Shown: piece after piece, positions 16,587-27,181 of the stretch
Numbering within the stretch: the first letter of the stretch is position 1
How the letters are laid out: every line of letters begins with the position of its first letter
Assembly (NCBI GenBank): GCA_963665235.2
Contig: CAXXLX010000001.1
Span: 1,920,001 to 1,984,000, forward strand
Source of the DNA: Candidatus Poribacteria bacterium
GTDB lineage: Bacteria > Poribacteria > WGA-4E > WGA-3G
Length of the DNA stretch: 64,000 nucleotides
Reading direction: 5' to 3'
Program-made: the position numbers and the translations under genes
Notes under the pieces: generated by a model
Told to the model about the DNA's origin: nothing
What the model saw: only the letters and a program-made list of their open reading frames with translations
Database searches by the model: none

Positions 16587-18080
16587 TCAAAGGAACACGA
16601 CTGTGACAATCACGAAGAGCGGGAACAAAATAGCGACGGACCATAACATGAACCCAAAGAAACTTGGCATCCGGATACCGCTCTGTTCGGCAATCGACTT
16701 TACCATAAAATTCGGTGCATTCCCGATATAGGTATTTGCCCCCATAAACACCGCACCGACAGAAATAGCCGTTAACAGGTCAACAAAGGCTTTGTGGCTC
16801 TCAGGCAACGATTCTATTGGTGTAGACAAAATTTCTGGGACCAAAGCTTCGCTGAGCCCCAACTTTCCTAGAGCCGTATTGAAGAACGTCAAATATGTCG
16901 GCGCATTATCTAGGAAGCTGGACAGGATACCCGTAATCCAGAAATAGTGAGAGGGCTGTTGAATTGCGGCTATTAAACCACTGAGCGCGCCTTTATCGCC
17001 AGCCTTTAGAATCGCTAACGCGGGAATAATCGTCATAAAAATTCCGGCGAAAACTTTGGCAACCTCCTCAATTGGCTCCCAAGAAAACGCGTTGGTTTGA
17101 CGTAATTCACCGCTAAAGGGTGTAAATTTAAGCGACAATAACCCCATAGCGACAATTAACACTTCACGGGTTATATTCTGCCACTCCACATGAACCCCTA
17201 GTATGCTAACTTCGCCTAACTTCAAAGTCCCGCTCATCAAGACAGCAGCAACGATGCCGAGCAGGAATATAAGATTGAACAGCCCATCCACGCGAATCGG
17301 TTCGTTTGTCCCATCATCCGGCACAACGCCACCTTCTCGTTTGAACATAAAGGTGTCAAATATAAAGAAGATAACAATCAATAGCGCGCTAATGAAAAGC
17401 ATGTGCGGTAAGAGTGCTGTCGTTGTCCAGAAAAATGGCACACCCCGGAGAAAGCCAAGAAAAAGCGGCGGGTCACCCAAGGGCGTTAAGGAGCCACCGA
17501 TGTTGCTCACAAGAAAGATGAAAAAGACTATCAGATGAACCTTGCTTTTACGATAGGCATTCGCACGAATCAACGGCCGAATGAGAAGCATCGATGCCCC
17601 TGTAGTACCTACCCATGAGGCAATGACTGTCCCAATCAACAACAGAATTGTGTTAACAATAGGCGTGCCCCGCAACGTTCCCCGTACGAGAATCCCCCCT
17701 GCCACTGTAAACAGGCCCCATAAAAGGACGATGAAAGGGATATAGTCTAACAGGTAAATGTGCAGAATATCGTAGAATGCTTTCCCTCTGAAAACAGCGA
17801 GATAGGGGATGGCGAAGCTTAACGCCCAGGCCAAAGACATCTTTCCCCCGTGATGGACCAGAAAGTGAGAATCGAACACAAGTGGAAAAATTGCTATCGA
17901 CAGAAGAATGCCGACAAACGGGATGATACTCCAAATGGGTAATTTGGCACCGTCTACGCCATGCCCATGGTGTGCAGCATCGCCACCGTGCTCGTCATCT
18001 GCACCGAATGCTAATGAAAACGGGAGCGCGAATCCTAAAATGACACAAATAATAAGACAAAATACAAATTTGGATTTCAC
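16587..18080 (-). CDS. Ion-transporter (IT) superfamily permease, putative Na+/H+ antiporter (CitMHS-like)
   Basis: About 12 TM; SNIGGSLTPLGDPPLFLGF, LSSFLDNAPTY, GANTYIGNAPNFMVKSIAE. Confidence 0.8.
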   Translation of the reverse strand: MKSKFVFCLIICVILGFALPFSLAFGADDEHGGDAAHHGHGVDGAKLPIWSIIPFVGILLSIAIFPLVFDSHFLVHHGGKMSLAWALSFAIPYLAVFRGKAFYDILHIYLLDYIPFIVLLWGLFTVAGGILVRGTLRGTPIVNTILLLIGTVIASWVGTTGASMLLIRPLIRANAYRKSKVHLIVFFIFLVSNIGGSLTPLGDPPLFLGFLRGVPFFWTTTALLPHMLFISALLIVIFFIFDTFMFKREGGVVPDDGTNEPIRVDGLFNLIFLLGIVAAVLMSGTLKLGEVSILGVHVEWQNITREVLIVAMGLLSLKFTPFSGELRQTNAFSWEPIEEVAKVFAGIFMTIIPALAILKAGDKGALSGLIAAIQQPSHYFWITGILSSFLDNAPTYLTFFNTALGKLGLSEALVPEILSTPIESLPESHKAFVDLLTAISVGAVFMGANTYIGNAPNFMVKSIAEQSGIRMPSFFGFMLWSVAILFPLFVIVTVVFL

Positions 18081-19658
18081 TTACTTCGTCTGCCCCTCCT
18101 CTTCAATTAACTGCAACGTCGCAGTCTCGACCTCTATCATAGCGTCTTGACGGGGAGCGTCTCCAACCACTGGGGTGTTTTGTACGCTATCTACTTTCCT
18201 TACCACTTCCTTCACAGACGCTTCCATCGGTTTCAGGAAGGAGTTTGGATAGACACCAATCCAGACGATGAATAGAAGTATCGGTAAGAGCACAACGATT
18301 TCGCGTGCGTTGAGATCCGGCAAAGCTTCGTTCGTTTTATCAAGTTTACCGAACATAACCCGTTGGAACATCCACAGCATATAAACTGCTGCCAGAATGA
18401 CACCTGTTGTTGCGAAGACGACGTACCATTTTGAAAACGCACCCTTGACGAAACTGCCCATAAGAATCATGAATTCGCCTATGAATCCATTAAGCCCGGG
18501 CAATCCGATTGAGGACAATGTGACAATCAGAAAGATGGCCGCGAAAATGGGCATCCGCTTTGCTAACCCCCCGAAATCAACAATCATACGGCTGTGGCGA
18601 CGTTCATAAATCATGCCTACCAATAGGAACAGTGCGCCTGTGCTTAAACCGTGATTAATCATCTGGAGCATACTGCCCTGGATACCTAAGTCATGCTGTG
18701 AAAACAGCCCCAGCACAACAAAACCGAGGTGACTGACACTGGAATAGGCGACCAATTTTTTCAAATCGGGTTGCACCATGGCGACCAACGCGCCGTAAAT
18801 TATGCCGATAACAGCGAGTGGCACTATCCACGGCGTGTAGGCCGCTGCGGCTTCTGGGAAGAGCGGTAAGCAGAACCGGACTATTCCGTACGTGCCCATT
18901 TTGAGCAGCACACCCGCAAGGATAACACTTCCTACCGTAGGGGCTTCAACGTGGGCATCCGGTAGCCAGGTATGGAATGGGAAAAGCGGCACTTTAATTG
19001 CGAACGCGATGAAAAACGCAAGGAATAGGAGGTGTGAGTGCTCGAATCCGCCTGTTTTTTCGTAGAGCGTTGTTAAGGCAAAACTATTGTCGTTCTGGAA
19101 GTATAGGTACAGAATACCGACCAGCATCAGGGCACTGCCAGCCATCGTATAGAGGACAAACTTCACCGTGGCGTAAATCCGCCGTTCGCCTCCCCAGACA
19201 CCGATGAGAAAATACATCGGAATCAACATGGATTCCCAGAATACGAAAAAGAGAAACAGGTCTAAGGCGCAGAACACCCCTAACATACCGGTTTCTAAAG
19301 CGAGCAGCGACATCATAAAACCGCTCACGCTTTTCTTAACCGAATCCCAGGCGGCGAGAATACACACCGGGGTGAGAAAGGTTGTGAGAAGCACTAACCA
19401 CAGCGAAATCCCATCAATGCCGATATGATAGTTTGTATTTAGACCGCTAATCCATTCTAGATTCTGGTGCAATTGTGGATTCGTTTGGAAACCCGCGATG
19501 TCTGCATCAAATCCGGTATAAACCCAGAGCGAGATAACGAATGTCAACAAGCTGATAGCAAGGGCAATCCACTTCACAACGGATGCACCCATCCCTCTGA
19601 GCAAAGCAATCGCTATCACGCCGAGCAGTGGTAAAAAAATAACTATTGAAAGTAGCAA
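18081..19658 (-). CDS. nuoM: NADH-quinone oxidoreductase subunit M
   Basis: FWESMLIPMY, KVPLFPFHTWLPDAHVEAPT, LLKMGTYG. Confidence 0.97.
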   Translation of the reverse strand: MLLSIVIFLPLLGVIAIALLRGMGASVVKWIALAISLLTFVISLWVYTGFDADIAGFQTNPQLHQNLEWISGLNTNYHIGIDGISLWLVLLTTFLTPVCILAAWDSVKKSVSGFMMSLLALETGMLGVFCALDLFLFFVFWESMLIPMYFLIGVWGGERRIYATVKFVLYTMAGSALMLVGILYLYFQNDNSFALTTLYEKTGGFEHSHLLFLAFFIAFAIKVPLFPFHTWLPDAHVEAPTVGSVILAGVLLKMGTYGIVRFCLPLFPEAAAAYTPWIVPLAVIGIIYGALVAMVQPDLKKLVAYSSVSHLGFVVLGLFSQHDLGIQGSMLQMINHGLSTGALFLLVGMIYERRHSRMIVDFGGLAKRMPIFAAIFLIVTLSSIGLPGLNGFIGEFMILMGSFVKGAFSKWYVVFATTGVILAAVYMLWMFQRVMFGKLDKTNEALPDLNAREIVVLLPILLFIVWIGVYPNSFLKPMEASVKEVVRKVDSVQNTPVVGDAPRQDAMIEVETATLQLIEEEGQTK

Positions 19659-19732
19659 GAAAAACTCCTTCTAATGAGGTAAATCTAGTGGTCTGTCCAC
19701 ATTAAAATTATCTGTTTTATCCTTTTCCGCCG

Positions 19733-21634
19733 TTAATTAGCAAAAAACAGGTAATATGCAAGGAATAACACAATGCCCAACACCATCGAAACAATGTACA
19801 CCTGGACAAGTCCTGTTTGCAACCGTCGCAGTGTACCGCCAATCATTCGGATAAGCCCTGCCACGCCGTTGACAATGCCATCAATAAGACCGTTGTCTAA
19901 AAACCGCCACAGTAGATAGTGAGACCCGTTTTTGAGCGGCTGCACAATGAGCGTGTTATACACTTCATCAACGTAGTACTTGTTCGCGACAAGTTTCTGC
20001 AACGCGTTAGGAGGTTCCGCAGAGGGCACCCGATTTTTGTAACGCGTCCAAGCGAACCAAATACCCCCCAGACCGACAACCGCTGAAATTGCCATAAACA
20101 GAATCACACTCCCCGATGCCTCATAGTGCACCTCTGGAAAAACGTCCTTTGTGAAACCGTGGAACCAGCTATAATGTCCCCCTATACCTAAGAGCAAACC
20201 GATAATAGCAGAGGGGACAGCAAGGATAACCAACGGCACCCACATTACTGCCGGCGATTCATGGAGATGTGACTCAACATCCGCGTCAACGCGAGATTTA
20301 CCGTAAAAGGTTACGAAGATGAGCCGGAACATATAGAACGCTGTCAAGAATGCTGTGATTAATCCGATGATGTAAATCAATTTGGAACTGCCCCACGCGC
20401 TGTGGAGGATTTCATCCTTGCTCCAGAATCCGCTCAGGAAGGGGAAGCCGGCTATTGCTAAAGCACCGATGAGAAATGTGGCGTGGGTAATGGGCATCTT
20501 TTTCCGTAAACCGCCCATTTTTCGCATATCTAATTCGTTTGCCATTGCATGCATGACACTGCCAGCCGTTAGGAACATCAGACCTTTGAAGAAGGCGTGT
20601 GTTACCAGATGGAAAATCCCAGAAGCATATGCTCCAACCCCGACTCCGACGAACATATAACCTAATTGACTTACAGTTGAATAGGCGAGAATCCGTTTGA
20701 TATCGTTCTGTTTCAACGCAATCGTTGCAGCGAAGAACGCGGTTAAGACCCCAACCCAAGCAACAACCCATCCAGTATGGGCGATATTGTAAAGCACCGC
20801 GGAACGTGCTATCATATAGACACCTGCTGTCACCATTGTGGCAGCGTGAATTAATGCACTGACAGGCGTTGGGCCCTCCATTGCGTCCGGAAGCCAAACG
20901 TAAAGCGGAAGTTGTGCCGATTTCCCTACCGCACCGACAAAGAGCAGCAGCGTCGCAACTATAAGCGTGCTTGTGCCGAAAACTTGATTAAAATTACCTG
21001 CCTCGGCTGATGCAAAAATTTTGGTGAAGTCCAAGGTTTCAAACGCAGCAAACAACGTAAACATGCCGAGCAGAAATCCGAAATCACCGATACGGTTGAC
21101 AATAAACGCCTTTTTACCGGCATCTGTCGCAGACTGTTTCTCATACCAGAACCCTATCAGGAGGTAGGAGCAGAGCCCAACCCCCTCCCAGCCAACGAAC
21201 ATCAACAGGTAGTTGTTGCCGAGAACTAGGATGAGCATCGCAAACACAAATAGATTGAGGTAGGCAAAATAACGGGTGTATCCTGAATCGCCGTGCATGT
21301 ACCCAATTGAGTACACATGGATAATGAAACCAACACCTGTGATAACCAGCAGCATTACCGTCGTCAGCGCGTCAACGTGAAAACCGATATCAAAATTGAA
21401 CGACCCGACCGTAATCCATTTGTAGAGGATACCCTCCTCGCCTTCAAGCGAGGGGCCGCCGTTGACAATGCTGAAGAACGCAATCAGAGAACAGATAAAC
21501 GAGACGAATACCGCAAGCGCGCCTATCCACCCGCTCAATTTTTCGTTACCTTTCAGCCATTTTCCAAATAAGCCGTTAATCAGAAACCCGACAAGCGGGG
21601 AAATTAACAGGACAACAATGAGTACAAGTGACAT
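19733..21634 (-). CDS. nuoL: NADH-quinone oxidoreductase subunit L
   Basis: GWEGVGLCSYLLIGFW, GKSAQLPLYVWLPDAMEGPTPVSALIHAATMV. Confidence 0.97.
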   Translation of the reverse strand: MSLVLIVVLLISPLVGFLINGLFGKWLKGNEKLSGWIGALAVFVSFICSLIAFFSIVNGGPSLEGEEGILYKWITVGSFNFDIGFHVDALTTVMLLVITGVGFIIHVYSIGYMHGDSGYTRYFAYLNLFVFAMLILVLGNNYLLMFVGWEGVGLCSYLLIGFWYEKQSATDAGKKAFIVNRIGDFGFLLGMFTLFAAFETLDFTKIFASAEAGNFNQVFGTSTLIVATLLLFVGAVGKSAQLPLYVWLPDAMEGPTPVSALIHAATMVTAGVYMIARSAVLYNIAHTGWVVAWVGVLTAFFAATIALKQNDIKRILAYSTVSQLGYMFVGVGVGAYASGIFHLVTHAFFKGLMFLTAGSVMHAMANELDMRKMGGLRKKMPITHATFLIGALAIAGFPFLSGFWSKDEILHSAWGSSKLIYIIGLITAFLTAFYMFRLIFVTFYGKSRVDADVESHLHESPAVMWVPLVILAVPSAIIGLLLGIGGHYSWFHGFTKDVFPEVHYEASGSVILFMAISAVVGLGGIWFAWTRYKNRVPSAEPPNALQKLVANKYYVDEVYNTLIVQPLKNGSHYLLWRFLDNGLIDGIVNGVAGLIRMIGGTLRRLQTGLVQVYIVSMVLGIVLFLAYYLFFAN

Positions 21635-21637
21635 GTT

Positions 21638-21937
21638 TTATCCTTTCAGCGAATTAACTTCATCTACATTAATGGATTGCCGATGTTTGAAGACGCTGAC
21701 GATAATTGCCAATCCAATCGCCACCTCGGCGGCAGCGACGGTCATGACAAAGAAAACGAAGACCTGCCCGGTTGTTTCACCCAGGCTGCGACTGATTGCA
21801 ACAAAGGCGAGGTTCGCCGCGTTGAGCATCAGTTCAATGCACATAAAAATGATAATCGCATTCCTGCGGACGAGGACTCCGATAACCCCAATCGTAAACA
21901 GGAGTGCGCTTAAAATTAGATAGTATTCCAGAGCCAT
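21638..21937 (-). CDS. nuoK: NADH-quinone oxidoreductase subunit K
   Basis: [28 protein letters not shown]; start moved to ATG 21937. Confidence 0.96.
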   Translation of the reverse strand: MALEYYLILSALLFTIGVIGVLVRRNAIIIFMCIELMLNAANLAFVAISRSLGETTGQVFVFFVMTVAAAEVAIGLAIIVSVFKHRQSINVDEVNSLKG

Positions 21938-21971
21938 ATAAAATCCTTTCCGTTTACCGTAAACGTGAAGT

Positions 21972-22511
21972 CTACCCGCTTTCAGGGTTGCTCGGCCGGT
22001 CACGTTTTACCAAGACAATAACCCCAATCAGGGCTGCAAGCAGTATCAAGGAGGTAACCTCAAAGGGGAGGAGATACTCGGTGAACAGAAGTTTACCGAT
22101 TTCGTAAGTCTCGACCGAGTGTTCAGGGGTATCTGCTGTAGCCGCTACCTGTTGTGCTGGAGCGTTGCGAGCATTCACTGCGATGTAAATCGCTTCAGCT
22201 GCAAAGAGAATACCTAAGACAATAGCAACGCCTTTCAACTTCCCCGAAAGTCCCCCGCTTGCTGAGAGGGTGCCTAAGTTTAGGAGCATAATTACAAAGA
22301 GAAACAGCACCATAATAGCACCCGCGTAAACTATCACTTGGGCAGCAGCAACGAAGTGCGCTCCCAATAAGACAAACAGCCCCGCTTGCGCGAAAAAGGT
22401 GACAACAAGGGACAGCGCACTATAAATCGGATGCCGAAACGAAATCACAGAAATCGCACCAATCAGTGAGACTCCCCCGAAAATGATAAATAGAATCTGT
22501 TCTGCATTCAT
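21972..22511 (-). CDS. nuoJ: NADH-quinone oxidoreductase subunit J
   Basis: [26 protein letters not shown]. Confidence 0.96.
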   Translation of the reverse strand: MNAEQILFIIFGGVSLIGAISVISFRHPIYSALSLVVTFFAQAGLFVLLGAHFVAAAQVIVYAGAIMVLFLFVIMLLNLGTLSASGGLSGKLKGVAIVLGILFAAEAIYIAVNARNAPAQQVAATADTPEHSVETYEIGKLLFTEYLLPFEVTSLILLAALIGVIVLVKRDRPSNPESG

Positions 22512-22524
22512 TAAGGTACGCCTC

Positions 22525-23715
22525 CTATTCTATCGCGTCTAAACCCGCTGCGGTAAGCCCAGGTGCACCACGGTCCGTTTCTACCTCAGGGGCTTTATTC
22601 ATGACAAGCAATCCCGCTACAATCGATACGACTATAGCTGCGGCAACTACGTTGCCGATACCTACCCAGAGAAGGGATTGCGTTGTTACCCATAAGGTAC
22701 CTGTTGCAACAATTGATGTGAGTGCCACCGGTAACAAAAATTTCCAACCGAAGTTCATGAGCTGATCATAGCGGAACCTTGGTAGTGTCCACCGTACCCA
22801 AATAAACACGAATAGGAAAATAGCTGTTTTAACAAAGAAGATGCCGAACGAAATAAGACCGCTCCATACCGGGCCACCCACGTTTTCCAAACCAAAGAAG
22901 TGCCACCCGCCTAAGAAAAGCGTCACTGTTACCGCGCAGCCGACAATCATGTTCATATATTCTGCCATGAAAAACATCGCGAATTTCATGCTACTGTATT
23001 CGGTATGATACCCCGCAACTAGTTCCTGCTCCGCTTCGGCAAGGTCAAACGGCAATCGGTTCGTCTCCGCAAATATCGCTGTCGTAAATGCCAGAAACGC
23101 GGGAAAATGAATCAGGATGTTCCACTGCCACGGATACGAACCCTGTTGAATCGCAATGTCCCGAAGGCTCAGGGAGCCTGCCAACATCAGTACACCGATG
23201 ATTGACAACCCTAACGTTAATTCGTAGCTTATCATCTGTGCAGATGAACGTAAACCGCCTAAAAGCGAGTACTTGTTGTTCGAGGCCCATGCACCTAACA
23301 CAACACCGTAAACGCCGAGAGATGTTATTGCCAAGATATACAAAATGCCTATGTTGACGTTTGCAATATGAAGCGGTATTTCATACCCCAATATGGTAAT
23401 AGAACTTCCGAACGGCACGACTGCAATTGTAACGAGTGCCGGTATCAACAACATTGCTGGTGCCATTACGTAAAGCGGTTTATCTACATGATTCGGGATA
23501 AGGTCCTCCTTAAAGAGGAACTTAATGCCATCGGCGATGGGTTGGAGCAATCCCTGCGGCCCAACACGATTAGGCCCGAGCCGATCTTGTATCCATCCAC
23601 TCACCCGACGTTCCGACCAAATCATCGCCATTACACCAATAATCAGCATGTGTGCAATGATGAGAATTTTGATTACAGAGCTGAGGATAAAAACATGAAG
23701 AGGCAAATTATCCAT
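22525..23715 (-). CDS. nuoH: NADH-quinone oxidoreductase subunit H
   Basis: QDRLGPNRVGP, ETNRLPFDLAEAEQELVAGYHTEYS, PRFRYDQLM. Confidence 0.97.
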   Translation of the reverse strand: MDNLPLHVFILSSVIKILIIAHMLIIGVMAMIWSERRVSGWIQDRLGPNRVGPQGLLQPIADGIKFLFKEDLIPNHVDKPLYVMAPAMLLIPALVTIAVVPFGSSITILGYEIPLHIANVNIGILYILAITSLGVYGVVLGAWASNNKYSLLGGLRSSAQMISYELTLGLSIIGVLMLAGSLSLRDIAIQQGSYPWQWNILIHFPAFLAFTTAIFAETNRLPFDLAEAEQELVAGYHTEYSSMKFAMFFMAEYMNMIVGCAVTVTLFLGGWHFFGLENVGGPVWSGLISFGIFFVKTAIFLFVFIWVRWTLPRFRYDQLMNFGWKFLLPVALTSIVATGTLWVTTQSLLWVGIGNVVAAAIVVSIVAGLLVMNKAPEVETDRGAPGLTAAGLDAIE

Positions 23716-23765
23716 AGTTTCTCCTTTTTGAGCCTGTCTATAATTGATAGACTTATGCTAATTTA

Positions 23766-23801
23766 ATAGCAATTAGCAATTAGCAATTTGGCAATTGGCA
23801 A
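23766..23801. repeat. Short heptamer tandem repeat (tagcaat/tggcaat)
   Basis: atagcaattagcaattagcaatttggcaattggcaa between nuoG and nuoH. Confidence 0.7.
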
Positions 23802-23893
23802 GACAGATAAGACGCGCGTCAAAGATATTGTCCGCACTACAAACTCTTGCTAAAGGTTTGCATCGGGCATCTGTCTCACAGAAATTGTCCAAC

Positions 23894-25537
23894 CTACAGT
23901 AATTTAATCCCCGCATCTCCGATTTTTTGATGCGTTGCGTCCGCGTATCCCGGTACATTTTCCGCAATTGCCAGGGCAATTTCGCCAGCAAAGTGATAGT
24001 TCATTTCACCACCGAGCTGCTTGGCGAGTTGCTGCGCAATTTCCCAGTCTACACGTGCTTCCCCAGGTGGGTCAATTGTCTTGCGAATCCGTTGTACCCA
24101 TCCGGTTGAATTGGTAAACGTGCCGTCTTTCTCGGCGAAGGTTGTCCCTGGAAGCACGACATCCGCTATTTGTGTAACGGCTGACGGCAACACGTCTTGC
24201 ACGATAAGAAACTCGACATTCTCTAGTGCGGTTTTTTCAGCGTCTTGAAGGGCACGTTCCGGGGCACCACTAACGAGGTAGACGACTTTCGCTTCGGAGA
24301 CCTTCTCCCAGAGCGCGTCCCCCTCTAAAACGACGTTCCCGTTTGTGGAGCCGAGTATCGTTCGGGCACCTGCGGTATTCGGGTTTTTGTCCGCTTCAAT
24401 CGTAAATTGTGGGAATTTATGTTCTTCGCCCGGCACTTGGCCAAAGAGCCCTATCTGTGTTATCTTGAGCACATCGTGTGCGAACTGCTGTAAGACGTAG
24501 TTGTCCTCATTTGTGCCTTGTGCAGAGCCGATAACGACAATATCATCAGCCTCTGTTTCTGAAAGTTTTTCCGTAATCACTGCCAGCGCGTCCGCCCAAT
24601 GCGTTGATACCAATTCATCCTCAACCCGTTTCATTGGCAGTTGAAGCCTGTCATCGCTGTTGACATAGCGGTAACCGAGTCGACCATCGTCACACATCCA
24701 GTGTTGATTAATATCCGCATGGAATCGGGGTTTGAGTCTATAAACGCCATCCTCTTTGTATTCCACGGTGATATTACATCCGACACTACACCCAGAACAG
24801 ACGCTGTTCTCCTGCTTCAGAAACCACGGGCGTGATTTAAATAGGAAATCCTTACTAATCAATGCGCCGACGGGACAGATATCAACTACGTTGCCTGCCA
24901 ATTTGTTATCCAGCAGTTGTAAAGGGACCCCTTCGTGACTTCGCGGAATATCAATTTCGTCGTGCGAACCGCGGTTAATCAATCCAAGTTCACCGCTGCC
25001 CGACACTTCGTCACAAAATCGGATACATCGTGTGCAGACGATACAACGCGTTGAATAGAGCAGCACATCCGGCCCCAAGTCCTTTTTCGGTGGAACGTTT
25101 TTGACCTCCACGTAACGACTTTTATCGTGTCCGTGCCGGTAGCTAAAGTCTTGCAGGTCACACTCTCCTGCTTGGTCGCAAACAGGACAGTCGAGGGGGT
25201 GATGTACTAGGAGAAATTCGAGGATATCCTCGCGCGCTTTTTTGACACGCGGGCTGTCTGTTTGGACGATAAAATCGTACTTTTCATCGTACTTTCTATC
25301 TGGCGGCATCGTTCGAACCGTAGTTGTGCAGCCTGTTGCCAATTGCCGGTCCGGTGCAGCCGACCCTGCTGGCGAAGTGAAGGTCTCAACGAGACACATC
25401 CGACAGTTCGCGGGACGACTCAAGCCTGGGTGATAACAGTAGTGAGGCACTTCAATGCCGTGCTGCCGTGCTGCCTCAACTATATTCGTTCCATCTTCAA
25501 CCTCTATCTCAAGGTCATTTAATTTAACTAATGCCAT
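23894..25537 (-). CDS. nuoG: NADH-quinone oxidoreductase subunit G (short form)
   Basis: HYCYH..CRMC, HPLDCPVCDQAGEC, CIVCTRC..CPVG, CSGCSVGC..C Fe-S motifs. Confidence 0.93.
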   Translation of the reverse strand: MALVKLNDLEIEVEDGTNIVEAARQHGIEVPHYCYHPGLSRPANCRMCLVETFTSPAGSAAPDRQLATGCTTTVRTMPPDRKYDEKYDFIVQTDSPRVKKAREDILEFLLVHHPLDCPVCDQAGECDLQDFSYRHGHDKSRYVEVKNVPPKKDLGPDVLLYSTRCIVCTRCIRFCDEVSGSGELGLINRGSHDEIDIPRSHEGVPLQLLDNKLAGNVVDICPVGALISKDFLFKSRPWFLKQENSVCSGCSVGCNITVEYKEDGVYRLKPRFHADINQHWMCDDGRLGYRYVNSDDRLQLPMKRVEDELVSTHWADALAVITEKLSETEADDIVVIGSAQGTNEDNYVLQQFAHDVLKITQIGLFGQVPGEEHKFPQFTIEADKNPNTAGARTILGSTNGNVVLEGDALWEKVSEAKVVYLVSGAPERALQDAEKTALENVEFLIVQDVLPSAVTQIADVVLPGTTFAEKDGTFTNSTGWVQRIRKTIDPPGEARVDWEIAQQLAKQLGGEMNYHFAGEIALAIAENVPGYADATHQKIGDAGIKLL

Positions 25538-25595
25538 AAATTTTACTCCAATGGCTTCGGTTTTTAGCCCTTAGTAGCCGTAGTGTGCCGGGGGT

Positions 25596-27071
25596 TTATA
25601 GGTCAGCAAACTCTTTCGGAATAAATCGCTGTTGGTATGCGTAATTTTCCTCCGGCGGTACGGTCGCTTCCGTAACAGGTAGGGTAACCAGTTTACCTTC
25701 TCGGATAGCGGCTTCAAATTCAGGACGGAATTTCCGCATATAACTCACTGCCGGCCACGAGACAGCAATGCCGAAAACACAGATAGTATTCCATGTCATG
25801 GTATCTACGTTCGCAATGTTATTCGCGACGTTCTCCAGCAGCTCAAGGTCTTCGTAAATTTCCTCTGTTTCGCCTGTATCCCCCCATCTGCCGCTTTCGG
25901 TGATGCCAAATTTTGGACGTGTGACGGTCGTCTTTCGACCTTCACCATCGGCAATCCGTTGCACAATATCACGTACCCACGGGGTGCCCCAGCGACACGG
26001 CGTACACTGTCCACACGACTCATGCGCGTAGAATTTCATGATGTTGAGCAGACAGTCAACGATGTTCCGCGTTTCGTTCATCACAATAATGCCCCCGGAG
26101 CCGAGCATTGATTTCGCGAGGGTTAGGGACGTAAAGTCTAGGCGTGTATCTAATTCGTAATGTGTCAAAATCGGTGCGGAGCTGCCACCCGGAATTACCG
26201 CCTTAACCTCCTCACCACGCAAACCGCCTGCGACTTCAATCAGTTCAGTGCAAGTCAAACCCAGCTCAAGTTCATAAACACCCGGTTCGTTGACATCCCC
26301 ACTGATACAGTAGAGTTTCGTGCCTGTATTCGGGTCCGCTTTTGGGGGGTCGGACCGCGTGTCAGCGTACGTTGGGCCCATGTCTGTGTACCATTCAACG
26401 CCATTCCCAACGATAAAGGGTAGGTTGCACAAGGTTTCCACATTCTGCACGACAGTCGGTTTTTGGAACACGCCTTGAACAGCAGGAAACGGGGGTTTGT
26501 TGCGCGGTTGTCCCCGTTTTCCCTCAAGCGATTCAATTAACCCTGTCTCTTCACCACAGATATAGGCACCAGCACCTGGGTGTGTATAGATGTCAACGTT
26601 TAGGTCAGTGCCGCGGATATTTTTACCGAGATACCCCTGCTCGTAAGCCTCTTTGATAGCAGCGTCTAACATCTTTTTGCCGAGCGTAAATTCGCCGCGG
26701 ATGTAGACATAAGTGGTCTCAATTCCCATTGCATAACAACAGATGAGGATGCCCTCAATTAACAGGTGTGGATTCTTCTCCAGGACATACCGGTTGCTGA
26801 ACGTCCCCGGTTCACTTTCGTCAGCATTACAACAGAGGTAGCGCGGTTCAATATCTTTCGGGACAAAACTCCACTTCGCCCCGGTTGAAAACCCTGCCCC
26901 GCCTCTGCCTTTCAACCCGGAATCCAGGACCATTTTAGCAATATCGTCCGGTTCATATTCGGCAATAGCCTTTTCAAAACGGGTGTAGCCCTCGTATTGG
27001 CGAAAGACATCAAATGTGTTAATATCGGGTACATCCAGATGCTCGTAGAGAATCCGTTTTTCTTGAAGCAT
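25596..27071 (-). CDS. nuoF: NADH-quinone oxidoreductase subunit F
   Basis: GRGGAGF, NADESEPGT, GAGAYICGEET, ESCGQCTPCR..TIC. Confidence 0.96.
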   Translation of the reverse strand: MLQEKRILYEHLDVPDINTFDVFRQYEGYTRFEKAIAEYEPDDIAKMVLDSGLKGRGGAGFSTGAKWSFVPKDIEPRYLCCNADESEPGTFSNRYVLEKNPHLLIEGILICCYAMGIETTYVYIRGEFTLGKKMLDAAIKEAYEQGYLGKNIRGTDLNVDIYTHPGAGAYICGEETGLIESLEGKRGQPRNKPPFPAVQGVFQKPTVVQNVETLCNLPFIVGNGVEWYTDMGPTYADTRSDPPKADPNTGTKLYCISGDVNEPGVYELELGLTCTELIEVAGGLRGEEVKAVIPGGSSAPILTHYELDTRLDFTSLTLAKSMLGSGGIIVMNETRNIVDCLLNIMKFYAHESCGQCTPCRWGTPWVRDIVQRIADGEGRKTTVTRPKFGITESGRWGDTGETEEIYEDLELLENVANNIANVDTMTWNTICVFGIAVSWPAVSYMRKFRPEFEAAIREGKLVTLPVTEATVPPEENYAYQQRFIPKEFADL

Positions 27072-27107
27072 ACTTTTTCCTCTACAGATTGTCTCTTATC
27101 GTATCCT

Positions 27108-27159
27108 GTAGGTTGGATTGAACAAAGTAAACCCCAACAATGCGTTCTACTCAACCTAC
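27108..27159. repeat. GTAG-type REP-like inverted repeat between nuoE and nuoF
   Basis: gtaggttgg ... tcaacctac; related half-copy gtaggtcaggttgaacgaagataaacc at 2554-2580. Confidence 0.55.
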
Positions 27160-27181
27160 GTTTGAATTCTTATAGCAAGTT

